This document shows positions 10,223 through 23,605 of a DNA stretch of 64,000 bases, one piece after another. The position numbers and the translations under genes were made by a program. Numbering within the stretch: the first letter of the stretch is position 1; every line of letters starts with the position of its first letter. The notes beneath the pieces are model-generated. The model saw nothing but the letters and a program-made list of their open reading frames with translations. It was not told the origin of the DNA and did not search any database. The stretch comes from Eledone cirrhosa (taxonomy: Eukaryota). The stretch is from the NCBI GenBank assembly GCA_964016885.1, contig OZ024746.1:46004001-46068000 (forward strand). Direction: 5' to 3'.

Positions 10223-13200
10223 AATATTGACTGAATAAATATATTCATCTGCTTTTAACATTGAAGTGGCTTTCATTACACTTCTGTATTTTTCTATTTT
10301 ACTCTGGTACACATTGCTTTATTTGTTATCTGTCTGCCTTCCAGCTTGCCTCTATGTCTGTCTACATGTATGTATGTGTGTGTGTGTGTGTGTTTATGTT
10401 CTCTCACTCTCTTAATTTTGAGTTTATTTTTTTACTGGACACCTTTCTGGTGGCAAGGCTGTAAAGAAAAGGAAATTGTCATCATCTCTTCTGTAAGCAT
10501 TTATCCTTTGAATCGTAAGAATGTTTTGCAGATTTTGAAGGTTTCAGATATCACAGTTATTTTCAGCTTATGTATTAAGTAGTTATATTCTTTCCCTACA
10601 AGTACAATTTCAGTTATAATTCAGTTAAGTCAGGCTGGATATAATCTATAGCTTCAATAATAATGGGTAAAGCTGAACATGTTTCTTGGATATTAGATCT
10701 GCAAACTTCTCATCAGTAGTACATGTGTGTGTGTGTGTGTATTTTCTTCTGGTTTTATTATCTGATAACTTTTTACTAATAGAGAGAGAGCCAGCTTCTA
10801 ACATTGACACAGGACTCTTACATTGGAATTTAGACATCAACTATGAGTGTGTGTGTGTATGCAGGAATGAGTGCATATGTGTACATTCTTATGTTTGGTT
10901 TGGCCATCTTTTCTAAGACCATGCCTACTTAAAATAAATTGCAAATCAAAAGCTTATGGCATTATAATCGTTTTTCCCAGAATATATCCAATTTTCAAAT
11001 CCAGACAGAAATTTGTTCAAATATATAATTTTAAACATGAAATAAATTGATATTTACCAGAAAAAATATCTAGACTATATGTTTTGGTTTTGTATTGCTT
11101 ATAAATTATAAGACAGCTGTATCAGTTATAAATTTAAACCATATGCTATATGATAACTCTCCAAGCAAATATTGTTCAGATTACTTCTTCCTATTACAAT
11201 TGAGATCAGAGTATTTCAAAACAGTTGAAAACAATGAAGTAAAATTCTTCTGGAAAAGATTAATTCTAAACCAGAAGTAAATTTAAAAACATAAAGTGTG
11301 TAATGTAGCATGGCATATTGTCTTTCTTTCACTTTTCTTTTTTCTTTCTTTTCTTTTTTACTTTATTTATCCCAGAACTTTAAATGTTAAAAAATGAGAA
11401 AAAAAAATGTTTAATTTCAGAATCATATCTCTTAAGTTACACTAAAATAATGGAGTTTGTACAATGCTGAGAAAATATATTACAAATGCAAGTAACTTTT
11501 GACTTTCACTTGAATAGCTTTTATCTTGCTGAAGAATGAACAAACAAAAACAAAAAAACAAACAAAACAAAAAAGGAAAAACAAGGCAAAAGTAAACAAA
11601 AAAATAAAAGTTATATCACTATAAAATATAGTAAACATGCAATTAATATAGCATGAAAAAGAGTGGTGGATTAGCAGAAATATTAGAGTGTCAGACAAAA
11701 GGCTTTGTGGTATTTGTTCCTCCTCTTTAGATTCTGAGTTCAAATCCCATTGAGGTCAACTTTGCCTTTCCTCCTTCTGAGGTTGATAAAATAAAGTACC
11801 AGTTAAGCGCTGGAGTCAATAAAACTAACTCAACCCCTCCCCCGAATCTATTTTAGAGAGAAATATATCCTAAAATAAAAAGTTATAAACTTAACAAGGT
11901 AGGTTTTTAGATATTACTTTTTACATAAATCTAATGGGAAAAAATGTATTACAAGTTGATGTATTACAACCATTGATTCTAGCTTTTGTTTTGTTTTTTT
12001 AATGGTCAATATTAGAAAAGTTGATTTCCACATAAATGACAAAGGACCCCTTCAGCATTTACTCCTTAGGTGCTGCCACCTCAAAAGGACTTTTGAGTCT
12101 TTAGATACCCTCACTATCACACCCTGGTAGCTGCTCTCTTCATTCCTATTACTCTACCCATGTCTCCTTAATTAGCACTTCCTAGCAGGTATCCTCACCT
12201 TCACTACACTCCCCACTCCATCAATTCCTCCTCTTGCATTCATTCCTTAGCTGCTGCTCACTCTAAAATCCTTAGACACTCTCAGTATTGCACTCTAGTA
12301 GCTACTCTCTTCACTCCATCTGGAAAATATGAGACAATAGAGTAGCCTCTATATGATCCCTTAACCTGCAAGAAATAGTTGCCAAATTAATATTTTTACT
12401 AGATACACTATGTCTAAATACCAAAGGAGATAATCACAGCTGTAATGTCTTGGCTTATACGCTTGCCCATTTAGAGTTGACATGGAGCTAAACAACTTCA
12501 CTAATTAAGTATCACTTCTACGCAATCTGAAATTTCTAGAATACTAATAACAATAAGTTACTATTTATCAATTATTATCAATTTTTCCTATCTTCATATA
12601 GCTAATATGATATGGTCCTGTAACTCCTGATAGAGTTGTAGGGCTGCTGTATTGTCATACATTTCTTGGGTATTTTAAGCCTGCCAGAACCTATCCCTCT
12701 CTAGGCCTGACTGAGTACAGCAGATTTCTTCCAGAGAGAGGAAGAATCGACCCAAGTACTAGACTGGTACTTTTTTTTTTATCGATCTCAAAAGGATGAA
12801 AGGTAAAGTTGACCTCGGCGGGATTTGAACTCAGAGAGTAGAGAGCTGGAATGAATACCATAAAGCATTCTATCTGACATTCTAACAATTCTGCCAATTC
12901 CCTCCCATGAGTATATAGCTAATATGCTCATGTTCATAATAAGCTCTATATTTGGTGCTTCAATTCATTCAGTTATGGACTGACTCAAAGCCCCATTTAA
13001 ATAACCTCTTATAATAGCATATGTACCAATCTCTCTTTTTTTTCTTTATTTATCAATTATTATCATCTCATGTGGCATACATTTCCTCAATTAAACTGAC
13101 CACAGTATCTTGAGGACATAATATTGTAATGAATTATTGATACTTCTACTTCCAACTCATGGTTTAATATTTAGTGTTATGGAGGACATTCACTGCTTAT

Positions 13201-14613
13201 TATACAAACAAATGTCAGAATCATCTATAACTCATATTATTTTAAAGAAAACAGAAATGTAAAAAAATTACGATAAATGATGTAATTTGGATCAGAATTA
13301 TTTCTGCTAATACCATATCTGTCATCTTAAAGTTGGCATGTTTATAGGGAAGATATTTAAAAATGACAAGCAAGAAGCCCTCGTCATAGGAATTACACTT
13401 GAAGGCACCAAAAAAAAATGTTTAAAAACAAATTCCACCAAAAATAAGACAAATAGTATAACATTGATTAAGAAATGCCTTTCGGATTGTCAGTACTTTT
13501 TAATGTCAACTTCTTGTTGCTGGCAATAACTAAATTCAAAGCTGAATATCATTCAACACATTACTGTAGAGGTAAATTTTCTATGTGAATCACATCTCGT
13601 TGGTACTGGAATTATTCATGCCAAGAATAAGGAAAATATTCACTTATTTGTAGTTATAATTTTTCTGTGTCAAACAAATATGATATCATCATCACCAGCA
13701 TTGTCTTTGTTGGTTTTACATCTTCATTTCTATGCTGGAGAGGACAAGGCAATCAATGGTTTACAATTGCATGCTCTCCCTGGAACTAACCCTTTTAGTC
13801 ACCTCTAATGACATACTGGGATATAGTGTACCTATTCCAGAAACCAAGAAAGTTATGCTAATGCCTACAGAAATATTGTATCATAAAATTTAGTAGTGTT
13901 CAGCATGAGTTAGACAGAATTTGCAGTTAATTATAGTACAAAATGATGTATCTGATAAAGTATCTTACTAATTTCATCAGCACTAGGTAACAAAAAATAA
14001 TAATAATTGTTTCTACATTTGGCACAAGGCCAGCAATTTGAAGCGAAGAGGAAAGTCGACTAAACCGACCCAGTGCGTCACTGGTACTTTATTTTATCAA
14101 CCTCGTAAGGATGGAAGGCAGAGCTAACCTCAGTGGAATTAAACCACAAAGGATTTACAAAAAAAAAAAAAAAAACATTATGGAGAGCACAGGATGCTAC
14201 AATGTGGGTTTCTGCATGTAATAAAAAATTAAAATTAAAACTAAAGAAAAATATTCCCTAATGTGGGAAGGCCACCAAAGGTTACTCGTGGAGAAAGCCC
14301 ACAAAAAGCCATGGTAACCCTGACTGCTAGGGCAAGTGCCATCTCCCAGTTGTCCTGCTATACACACATGCTCGGGGCAGGCCCGTTCACATGGGCTATT
14401 CTCTCCTCTCACTGACCTTTCAACAAATTACTTTGAAGGTAGCACTTCCTTCTGAACCATATATATCATATATATATATATATATTTATTAAAATAACAG
14501 ATTAAAGTTTAAGCAAAGAATCGCTGCTTTCACCCTTAACGGGATTTTAGTCTTCAAATTTATTATTATTACTATATATATATATATATATATATATCAT
14601 ATATATATATATA

Positions 14614-16405
14614 CCAAAAGATTGGTGCAGTAGCATCATTGTCAACTGCTACAAAGTGATGCACTCGATAGAGGAAACTATAGAGGTATAAAGTTGATGG
14701 ACCAGGTCATGAAAGTAACAGAAAGAGTTATAGCACAGTTGATTAGGGACCGGGTGAAAATAGATGAGATGCAATTTGGGTTTGTACCAGGAAGAGACAC
14801 CACTGATGCCCTCTTCCTTGTGAGGCAGTTACAGGAAAAGTACCTAGCTAAAAGTAAGCCACTCTACTTGGCATTTGTCGACCTTGAGAAAGCCTTTGAC
14901 AGAGTTCCATGTGCTGTAATCTGGTGGGCTCTTAGAAAACTAGGAGTAGATGAATGGCTTGTGAAAGCGGTACAAGCCATGTATAGGGGAGCAGTCAGCA
15001 AAGTTAGGATTAGCAATGACTATAGCGAAGAATTTAGCGTACAGGTTGGGGTCCACCAGGGCTCTGTTCTTAGCCACCTCCTGTTCATCATAGTCCTGCC
15101 GGCAATAACGGAGGAGTTTAAGACCGGATGCCCATGGGAACTCCTGTATGCTGATGACCTCGCACTTATAGCTGAATCTATGGTAGAACTAGAGAAGAAA
15201 TTCCAAACTTGGAAGCAGGGAATAGAAAGAAAGGGTCTCAAAGTCAACATGACAAAGACTAAGGTCCTTGTAAGTAGACGAGAAAACAGAACCCTGATCC
15301 CCTCAGGGAAATGGCCTTGCTCAGTATGTAGGAAAGGTGTAGGTAGGAACTCCATTCTCTGCCCCAAATGCAAACAATGGGTACACAAGAGATGTAGCGG
15401 GATCTCAGGAAGCTTAATTAAGAATGTAGGCTTCACATGCAGCAGCTGTACTGGGACAGCAAGCAGCAAACAGCCACAGGAAACAAGTACCACCAATCTC
15501 TGGGAGGGCTCTGTAGAGACAGTAGACAGCTTCTGCTACCTGGGTGACCGAATTAGCAGCGGAGGTGGGTGTTCAGAAAGTACAATAACTAGGGTAAGAA
15601 CGGGATGGAAGAAGTTCAGGGAACTACTACCACTGCTATCTGCAAAAGGCTTTTCCCTCAAAATGAAAGGCAGACTGTATGATGTGTGTATCCGAACAGC
15701 AATCTTACATGGTAGTGAGACCTGGGCACTGAAGGTGAAAGACTTACGTAGATTAGAGAGAAACGAAGCCTGCATGCTCCGATGGATGTGTAATAGTAAT
15801 ATACGCGAACGGCAAAGCATAAATGAATTGAGAGAGAGACTGAGCATCAGAGGAATCAAATGCTGTGTGCAGGAGAGGCGAATGCGTTGGTATGGACATG
15901 TGATGCATATGAAGGATGACAGCTGCATAAAAAGGTGCAGAGCACTAGAAGTCGATGGAAACCGCGGAGTGGGCAGACCCAAGATGACCTGGGATGAGGT
16001 GATAAAAGCCGACCTTACCCAATTACACCTCTCAAAGGCAATGACACACGACCATGACCTCTGGCGTCATGCAGTAATACAGAGTACCCGACCTCCCATG
16101 GGTACAAGCTGAAGCATATAGACAATATGCCCCCACACCCTCCCACTGCAAGGTGGTCGTGGAGGTGCCACGGCAAAAAAGCACCCAGCTCACACTGTAA
16201 AGTGGACGTGTAGGCGCCACGAAAAAGCACCCAGCACTCACTGTAAATGAGGTTGGTGTTAGGAAGGGCATCCAGCTGTAGAAATCAAGCCAAATCAGTT
16301 CCTGTATGAGCAAGGCATGGTCAGCCAACCAGACACTGCCCACAACAGGACAACCCGTCTAACCCATGCTAGCTTGGAAGAACGGACGTAAAATGGTGAT
16401 GATGA
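14614..16405 (+). mobile_element. 5'-truncated RTE-clade LINE (RT ORF plus 3' UTR with (gat)n tail)
   Basis: NYRGIKL, QFGFVPGR.TTDA, AFVDLEKAFDRV, GVHQGSVLS, LLYADDL, FCYLG and RMRWYGHV..GRPKMTW motifs. Starts beside (TA)n; no endonuclease domain present. Confidence 0.92.
14694..16112 (+). CDS. RTE reverse transcriptase ORF (truncated, 472 aa) with internal C4HC3 PHD-like finger
   Basis: Frame is uninterrupted to the natural stop; YADD catalytic motif; CSVC..CPKC..H..C..CSSC at 15318-15449. Confidence 0.88.
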   Translation: MMDQVMKVTERVIAQLIRDRVKIDEMQFGFVPGRDTTDALFLVRQLQEKYLAKSKPLYLAFVDLEKAFDRVPCAVIWWALRKLGVDEWLVKAVQAMYRGAVSKVRISNDYSEEFSVQVGVHQGSVLSHLLFIIVLPAITEEFKTGCPWELLYADDLALIAESMVELEKKFQTWKQGIERKGLKVNMTKTKVLVSRRENRTLIPSGKWPCSVCRKGVGRNSILCPKCKQWVHKRCSGISGSLIKNVGFTCSSCTGTASSKQPQETSTTNLWEGSVETVDSFCYLGDRISSGGGCSESTITRVRTGWKKFRELLPLLSAKGFSLKMKGRLYDVCIRTAILHGSETWALKVKDLRRLERNEACMLRWMCNSNIRERQSINELRERLSIRGIKCCVQERRMRWYGHVMHMKDDSCIKRCRALEVDGNRGVGRPKMTWDEVIKADLTQLHLSKAMTHDHDLWRHAVIQSTRPPMGTS

Positions 16406-17739
16406 TATATATCATTAACGTTTAACATCCATTTTCCACCCTAGCATGGGTAGGATATATGTATATATATATATATGTATATCAGTTTAATGATTGAATG
16501 TTTTAAATATTGCTTGTGTCAGAAATCATCTGTCACATTCAAATAAATAAATGAATGAATAAATAAGTAAATAAATAAATGGATAGATAGATAAATAAAT
16601 AAATAAAAATGGATAAATAAAAAATGGGAAAGTTGACAATTTGTAGAAGAGCTAAAACTAATTTCAGAAACGGATGATTGATGGTAATTTTTGGTTCATA
16701 GTATATGTACAATAAAATACTGTGCAAGGTATAGCTTATAATAGGATTTGAATGAAGTGAAGCAAATTAAGCCCCCAGGAGACGAGATGAAATGTTTCAT
16801 GGAACCAATATAATCATCATGTTCATTTGTAAAATTAGATTTTAAATTTTAGAATTTAAGAATATATATTGTTTTTTCTGTTGTTGTTGTTTTCCTTACT
16901 GTGCTAATAGAAATATTTGTATGAGTTTGTGTACAACTTAATCTCTGGGGTTGAAATTCTCTACAAATACACATAGATAAAATTCTCTCTATCCTTCTAT
17001 CTATCTATATCTATATCTATCTATATATATATTGACTGATTTATTTATATATTCAGCCAACTATTGTCTCTGTTAAAGTGGAGAGACACATACCACATCA
17101 GATTGTGATGGAGTGAGTGGCTAGAAGGTCTGTCACAAGTAGCATTCCCTTGGGGGAGCATACTTGTTCCCTGTGCATTGGTGCCATCTGGAAACACTCA
17201 CAGTCTCTTGTGGTCGGCAGGGTTCAGCATTAAAAGGGACGCAATGATCTGTCCAAGCAGTGGCTGCCAAAGCTGAGGCATGTCATGTAAAAACCTTTGC
17301 CTGGAGGCTAGCTGACACTCAGAATTAACCTTTGAGTCTACAACAGGCTGCAGTGTCGGTTCAGGTGCGGTCAGATTGGTGGGCCCCTGAGGCTAGTAGT
17401 AGTCATAATTCTTGAGAGTATAAACAACTCTGCCATGTCTCAGTAACCATCCATTTACCACCTCCTTTTAGCTCTTTCACCTCTCATGTGCTTTTTTCCT
17501 GCAGAGACCAGGTGAAAGGCTAGTATGTATTGTATTGGATCACCAGTAAATGGATGGGCAATCACAAGCTTTACCCACTTCCCATTCATCAATGAGCAAT
17601 TGTATGCTCACGCCAATCTACCATTGCAGAAAGTCAGCTGTTTTTTCCTATCCAGTGAACATACTGGATGCCAGGGAAACTGAAATATATAAGTATATTC
17701 TACCATGGTATTGAGTATTTTTCTCCCATTCAGTAATAT

Positions 17740-17796
<57 letters not shown>

Positions 17797-17917
17797 GGAG
17801 GTGAGTTTTATTGTAGCACAATAACGCAATGCAAATATCGGATAAGTAGCACTCTACAGTTTGTAGGACTGGAGTATAAATAATATGAGATCAAAAGATG
17901 GTTAAAAGAGTTCCAAG

Positions 17918-17988
17918 TATTTTATTATGCGCATTTCAAAAACAAATATCATCATGGGATGATATCTGCGTTCTCATCAGATAAAATA
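17918..17988 (-). ncRNA. Minimal type I hammerhead ribozyme with palindromic stem III
   Basis: Minus strand: UAUUUUAU-CUGAUGA-16-bp stem II (loop CCAU)-GAA-AUGCGCAU-A|AUAAAAUA. Confidence 0.82.
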
Positions 17989-18122
17989 GGGAGACATGAT
18001 ATGAAACTTAAAAAACACTTGTGAATAGTGAAGTTTTAAATCAACATATGTTGATTTAAACATATGTTGATTTAAAACTTAACTATTCACAAGCATTTTT
18101 TAAGCTTCATATCATGTCTCCC

Positions 18123-18193
18123 TATTTTATCTGATGAGAACGCAGATATCAACGCATGATGATATTTGTTTTTGAAATGCACATAATAAAATA
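18123..18193 (+). ncRNA. Inverted copy of the minimal hammerhead (stem III mutated to AUGCACAU)
   Basis: tattttat-ctgatga-stem II-gaa-atgcacat-a-ataaaata; the palindrome is broken by one substitution. Confidence 0.65.
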
Positions 18194-20209
18194 CTTGGAA
18201 CTCTTTTAACCATCTTTTGATCTTATATTATATATCTGTAGATATATATATATGTGTGTGTGTGTATGTTGATCCCAAGTTGAGTCGAGGGTAACCACAG
18301 TAATTAATGTACTCAATGCAAGTATAGAATGATGACGGAGGTTTATATAGAAGAGAACTGTTTCATTCATAATGAAATCAATACCACTTTCTCTCTCTCT
18401 CTCTCTCTCTCTTCTAACAGACCTTTTCTCCAGTAGTGCAAAGATATACTGTATAACATACAATGCACTTTTTCATTATTAAAGTCTGAGTTCAAATCCT
18501 GCCGAGGTTAACTTTGCCTTTCATCCTTATGGGATCGATAAAATAAAGTACCAGTAATACATTAGGATAATTGTTGGCCTTGTGCATAAATGTTTATCAT
18601 AATTTCTGCAAGGCAATACAAAGCAATGTTGAGAGTTTAGAAATTGTCATGATTTAAACTTTTTCCACATAAATGTAGTTCACTAAAATGTAATTTATTT
18701 TCTGAGCTTATTACATACATTATTTATTGTATTGGTAGAGGAGGCTGTTGTAGTGATAGCAAGCTAAATTAGACATGGACCTATTTATCAAGATAGTCTA
18801 ATAGCTAGAGTAAAAATGTTTAGTACTTGTTATTTCTGTTGACTAACAACATTTTCTCTATCTATGAGAAAATGTGTCTGTATAAAGCATACACTTAACC
18901 CATTAGACTTTAAACCATATCAGCCATATCAAGCCAGAATTCTCTCACCACTTTCTGTTCAAATCGGCCATAACCAGCCACTCATACTGATGTTAAGGTA
19001 TTGTTCTCAAAATAAACAATATCAAAATCTCATAGATTTGATATTATTTTCATCTAATTTTCCATTTCTATTATGTAATATTGCTAGAGTACCATTTCTG
19101 TATACTTTTACACTTATACTATTATGTCATCATAAGATAACTGATGTTTCAGCATTCATCATAACATAATAGATTTTATTCACATGCTGTGAACATACTG
19201 GCTTGCCTCAAAGTGTTTAATTAACCCTTATGATGTGATGTCCGGCCAATTGTCGCACTTGGTGGTGAATTGCCCTCCTTTCTTTTATTTTTATCTCTTT
19301 TATCTCTTTGTATGATATTCAATAACATTATATTTGTATTGCTCTTCTGAACAAATTGCGAACAATTTATAATGTTATTTACGCATTTGTAATGTTATCT
19401 ATGTATATATTTAAAACATATTTGTAATGTTATTTATACTCCATAATAGTGGTCTAAAGTTTCTTGAACTCTAGTCCTTACAAAGGAAATGTTTTAGTGA
19501 CAGAAATGTTGAAAGCAACTGTCAAACTGTATAAACATATATTTAGGTTCAAATCTTTCTAAAACTTCTATGTGTGGTGGGTGATTTCAACTTGACATAA
19601 ACCTGAAGTTGTCATCTGAAGGCAAACTCAACATATTTTGTCTAAGAAAAATTATCACCACTTTATTCTTATCAATGTGTTCTGTTTTGTAATAAGTCTT
19701 CTGGTGTAAAATAATTTACTTGATTGTTTCCAATATTCTTGTGTGATTTTATGCTTTCTTGTCTTTTTGTTCTTAGTCTCAACCAACTTGAAGCTTTTGG
19801 GGACTTAGTTACATTAATGGTGATGAACAAAAGAAGGAACACTATGCTATTGTTCACACTTATACTTACCTGTTACATATATGAACACATTATTATGTGA
19901 CATTGCATAATCAGAGTTACTTGCCAATGGTGATCAGCTGTATTATATCCTTGCTGTTCATTTCCCACTACCCACAAGAAAAATTGATTTTATCATGACA
20001 TGCTAATACATTTTTACAGGGGCATATATTCTTTTTATCTAGATGTTCTAATGAACAATTTTAGAGTAATGTATTTTAACTACAGACACACATCAGTGCC
20101 AATGTTATGATTAAAGCAATGAACTTCTCAGTTTCTATTGATATACCCAAGAGTACACACACATATTCAATATAAGAAACAAATGTAAGTAGCAGAGCAG
20201 ATAACTTAC

Positions 20210-20350
20210 GATGGTAACATTCGGTATAAAAGTTGATCAGTCTTTTTTTTCTCTTCTTCCAATTGCATTGTTCTTTCGCGTACAATGTCTTCTAAATCTG
20301 TTGAGTATTTTTCTAGCATTTTAAACATTGTGTCGACAAAATTCTGTTTT
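20210..20350 (-). CDS. Receptor guanylyl cyclase exon D: coiled-coil/signalling helix, (R)[46 protein letters not shown](S)
   Basis: Not in the ORF track; read by hand. ttctag acceptor, GTAAGT donor; 141 nt, phase 2 to 2. Matches the MLEKYxxxLExxVxERTxQLxEEKKKTDxLLYxMLP hinge consensus. Confidence 0.95.
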
Positions 20351-21064
20351 CTAGAAGAAAAAGATAAGGCATGCATTATGTTATTAACTTAAAAATTGTG
20401 GTAGTGCTTTGCCAGGGAATAAATATTCTAGCATTCTTTTTTTGATAAAATTTCAAACAAATGTATAAGCTGCTTCTATCTAATTCCTCTATCCATATTT
20501 TTACCTGAATATAACTTTTTAAAGTAAATTACCTTATTTGTTTTCCTTTAATGTTTTTAGTCATTGAACTGTAGTCATGGAGAAACATCTCCTTTAAGGG
20601 TTTTAGCCAATCATATAAACCCTATTACATATTTCTATTTTATCAATCTATATTTATCAAAAGGATAAGTTATGTTGTTTTGACACAATGTAGATTTTTC
20701 AGTGATAAATATGTAAGCTGTACCTTTTTCTGTTATTCTCTGCCTGCCCAAGATTTTCCTACAGTAGAAAAGCTGAACTACATCTACTTTAATCATTTAG
20801 GAGGGCTTGCAAAGTAATGAGTACTTCACTTCCTCCTCCAACTAAATATTGATTACATATAGTGGTACAAGGCCAGAAAATATTTTTGTGGCTGAACAAA
20901 TGATTAGAACTTTATTTTATCGACTCCAGAGAAATGAAAGGCAAATTTGGCATTGGTAAAATTAGAACTCAAAATGTAAATAGTTGGAACTAATAGCACA
21001 AATATTTTGTTCAATACTCAATCAATTCTGCTAAGTATTATAATTTTACAAAGCAATAAACCTT

Positions 21065-22020
21065 TATGACTGTTCCATGCTTGCCTGAGTTGGACAGGTC
21101 TTTTTTAGCACAACCTTTGCATTCCTTTGTCGTCTTCTATCCGAACTTTAGCGATTTCAAGTTAGCACTCACTACCTCTGCCCAGGTTTTCCCTGGTCTT
21201 CATCTACTGTAGCTTCCTTCCACTGGGATTTCTTGGCACTTCTTCACTCAGTATCATCATCCGTGCACATTACATGTCCAAACTATTGCAGTCTTCTCTC
21301 CTGTACATGACATCTGATTCCTTATATACTCAGTTTCTCCCACAGTTCATCCATGTTTCATCATTCATGAACATTAACATTTTATATTTATTGAAGTATT
21401 CATTCTCCATATTCATTAACATCTCGTAATAGTACTTCATTCTTTCATTCTCCACATTCATTAACATCTCGTAATAGTCCTTCCAGACCTCTCTCTTTTG
21501 AGAATAAGTGATGCAAAGTGCACCTGTGTCGTTTTGAACACACTTTTCCTGAACAAAATCCAGGCTCATACTGACACACTGCCTTGTAATGCAGAACATC
21601 TCACACCTCTGATAGTTGTGTTGCAAGACATTGGTAAACTTTTCATGCTATGTCCTCTATCTTCTTATTTAACAACCTGGTAGTGGTCTCTGCTGCACCC
21701 ATTTTTCCAGTTCTTTCATGCTTGTCTCTTGGCTTTAATAGCTCTATCAACTGTATTGTTCCACCATCAGATCGCTCTCTGTATGGCTGATGCTTTGTTC
21801 CAGCCACATGTCTCATCAGTAATCTGTAATAGGTTGTCATGTAGGAATTTCTAATTATCCTCTATGTCATATGCATCACGTAAAGCTTTCCTGAACCTAT
21901 ACTTAAGACAAAGATCCTTTAACTTCCAAACTCTCCTCCTCCATATTTTCCCTACATTTCTTCTGATATTGCTAACAACAAACTTATGTTGGGTAGTGTA
22001 TTCTTCTGTGAGGAACTGCA
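21065..22020 (-). mobile_element. Decayed, internally deleted RTE LINE fragment
   Basis: Minus-strand remnants such as QKREVWKDYYEMLMNVENE and an RxLQxFGHV..GRPGKTW-like 3' part; many stops. Confidence 0.55.
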
Positions 22021-22865
22021 CAAAACTCTAAAATATATCTGTGAAAACATTAGTATAATTGAATATATTGAAAATTGAATGTTACAACAAATCCTATCTG
22101 AGAGGCTATAATTGATTTATGGATCATTTTTATTTTTTACTACACACTATAAACAACAAAATGACAAAAAGAAAGAAAAAATAGCAGCTAATTTCTCAGT
22201 TTAGTTTCACTTAAATTGAATTATATTAAAGTATATTTTTCTCATAATTGAAGGCAATAAATAAATAGGAATCTTAATCTCTACTGAAAACATGGCACTT
22301 CTAAAAAGAAAAATTATTGAAACAAATATTGAAATTAGATTCAATATAGGCATGTTTACTACTATATACATATATACAGGCATGATAAATGTGTGAAAAA
22401 TATTAAGAAAAATTATCAATTATTAAATATTTTCTTACTATTTATCATCCTTCAGCTGCCTTGTCAATTTAATATTGAATACTAAATAAATAGGACAAAC
22501 ACATTTCTAATACAGGTATTTTGAGACACAACTAAAGATCTACATATGTTCTATGTAATGCACTAAATGAAATATTAATATTACAAGCAGAAGCAATTCC
22601 CACCTTGTAATTTTGACCTAGACGCATATATATATATGAATATATTATATCATCATCATCACGCATATATATATGAATACATTATATCATCATCATCGTT
22701 TTTACATCTGCTTTTCCACACGTGCATGGGTTGGATGGGTCCTTCTCAGCATGGTATCTCTCCATACATTACGACCCTTTGTGATTGCCTTTGTGAGTTT
22801 CAGTGATTTGAGGTCAGCTCTTACAACCTTTGCCAAGGTTTTTCTTCGTCTACCTCTCTATGGAA

Positions 22866-23390
22866 TAATTGTTTCTACTTAAGACACAAGATCAGCAATT
22901 ACCCGAGTGCATTACTGGTGCTTTATTTTATCAACCCAGTAAGTACTAAAGGCAAAGCTAACCTCAACAGGATTTGAACCCAGAACGCAAATGGCAATAA
23001 CTCTATGCTGAAAAGCATGTTGTCTGATGCTCTACCAATACTGCCAATCCACTGCCCTTAGTAATCCACCTTTATATGTAATAATTGTTTCTACTTTTTG
23101 GCACAAGGCCAGCAATTACCCAGTACATTACTGGTACTTTATTTTATCGACCCCGTAAGGATGAAAGGCAAAGTTAACCTCGGCGGGATTTGAACTCAGA
23201 TTATAAGGGGACGTAACTCTATGCTTCAAAGCATGGTGTCCGACTCTCTACCGATACTGCCAATCCACCGCCCTTTATATGTAATAATTGTTTCTACTTT
23301 AGGCACAAGGCCAGCAATTACCCAGTTTATTTTATCAACCCCCGTAAGGATAAAAGGCAAAGTCAACCTCAGCAGGATTTGAACTCAGAT
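22866..23390 (-). mobile_element. Head-to-tail trimer of Meta-domain-like tRNA SINE
   Basis: Three ~200-bp units starting taattgtttctact at ~22866, ~23082 and ~23285, each carrying ttattttatc.acccc.taaggatgaaaggcaaag.taacctc. Confidence 0.8.
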
Positions 23391-23605
23391 AATGAAGCTC
23401 TATATGAGTATAACAATGGGTACTCAAAGTATATCCATGGGAACACACCATGGATAAATGGTTAATAATAATTCATGGAAATTCAGCATTAATGCATACA
23501 TCCCTCGTAATAATACATAATACATTGTTAGCAGAATTTGGTAAACAGAAACTGTGCAAAAGCACATCATATATGTATGCATGTTTGTATGTATGTATGT
23601 GTGAG

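Larger units (their letters stand above)
17881..18230. repeat. Fold-back inverted repeat (~170-bp arms) with a hammerhead in each arm
   Basis: Left arm is the reverse complement of the right arm with a few mismatches. Palindromic centre tttaaatcaacatatgttgatttaaa with a short duplication. Confidence 0.9.

Noticed and set aside
15020-15982. 158-aa and 148-aa minus-strand ORFs
   Set aside because: Antisense shadows of the RTE RT frame.
19565-19622. Possible minus-strand hammerhead (cagatga-caactt..aagttg-aaa)
   Set aside because: The core is altered, there is no credible stem III, and the stem I register conflicts with the core.
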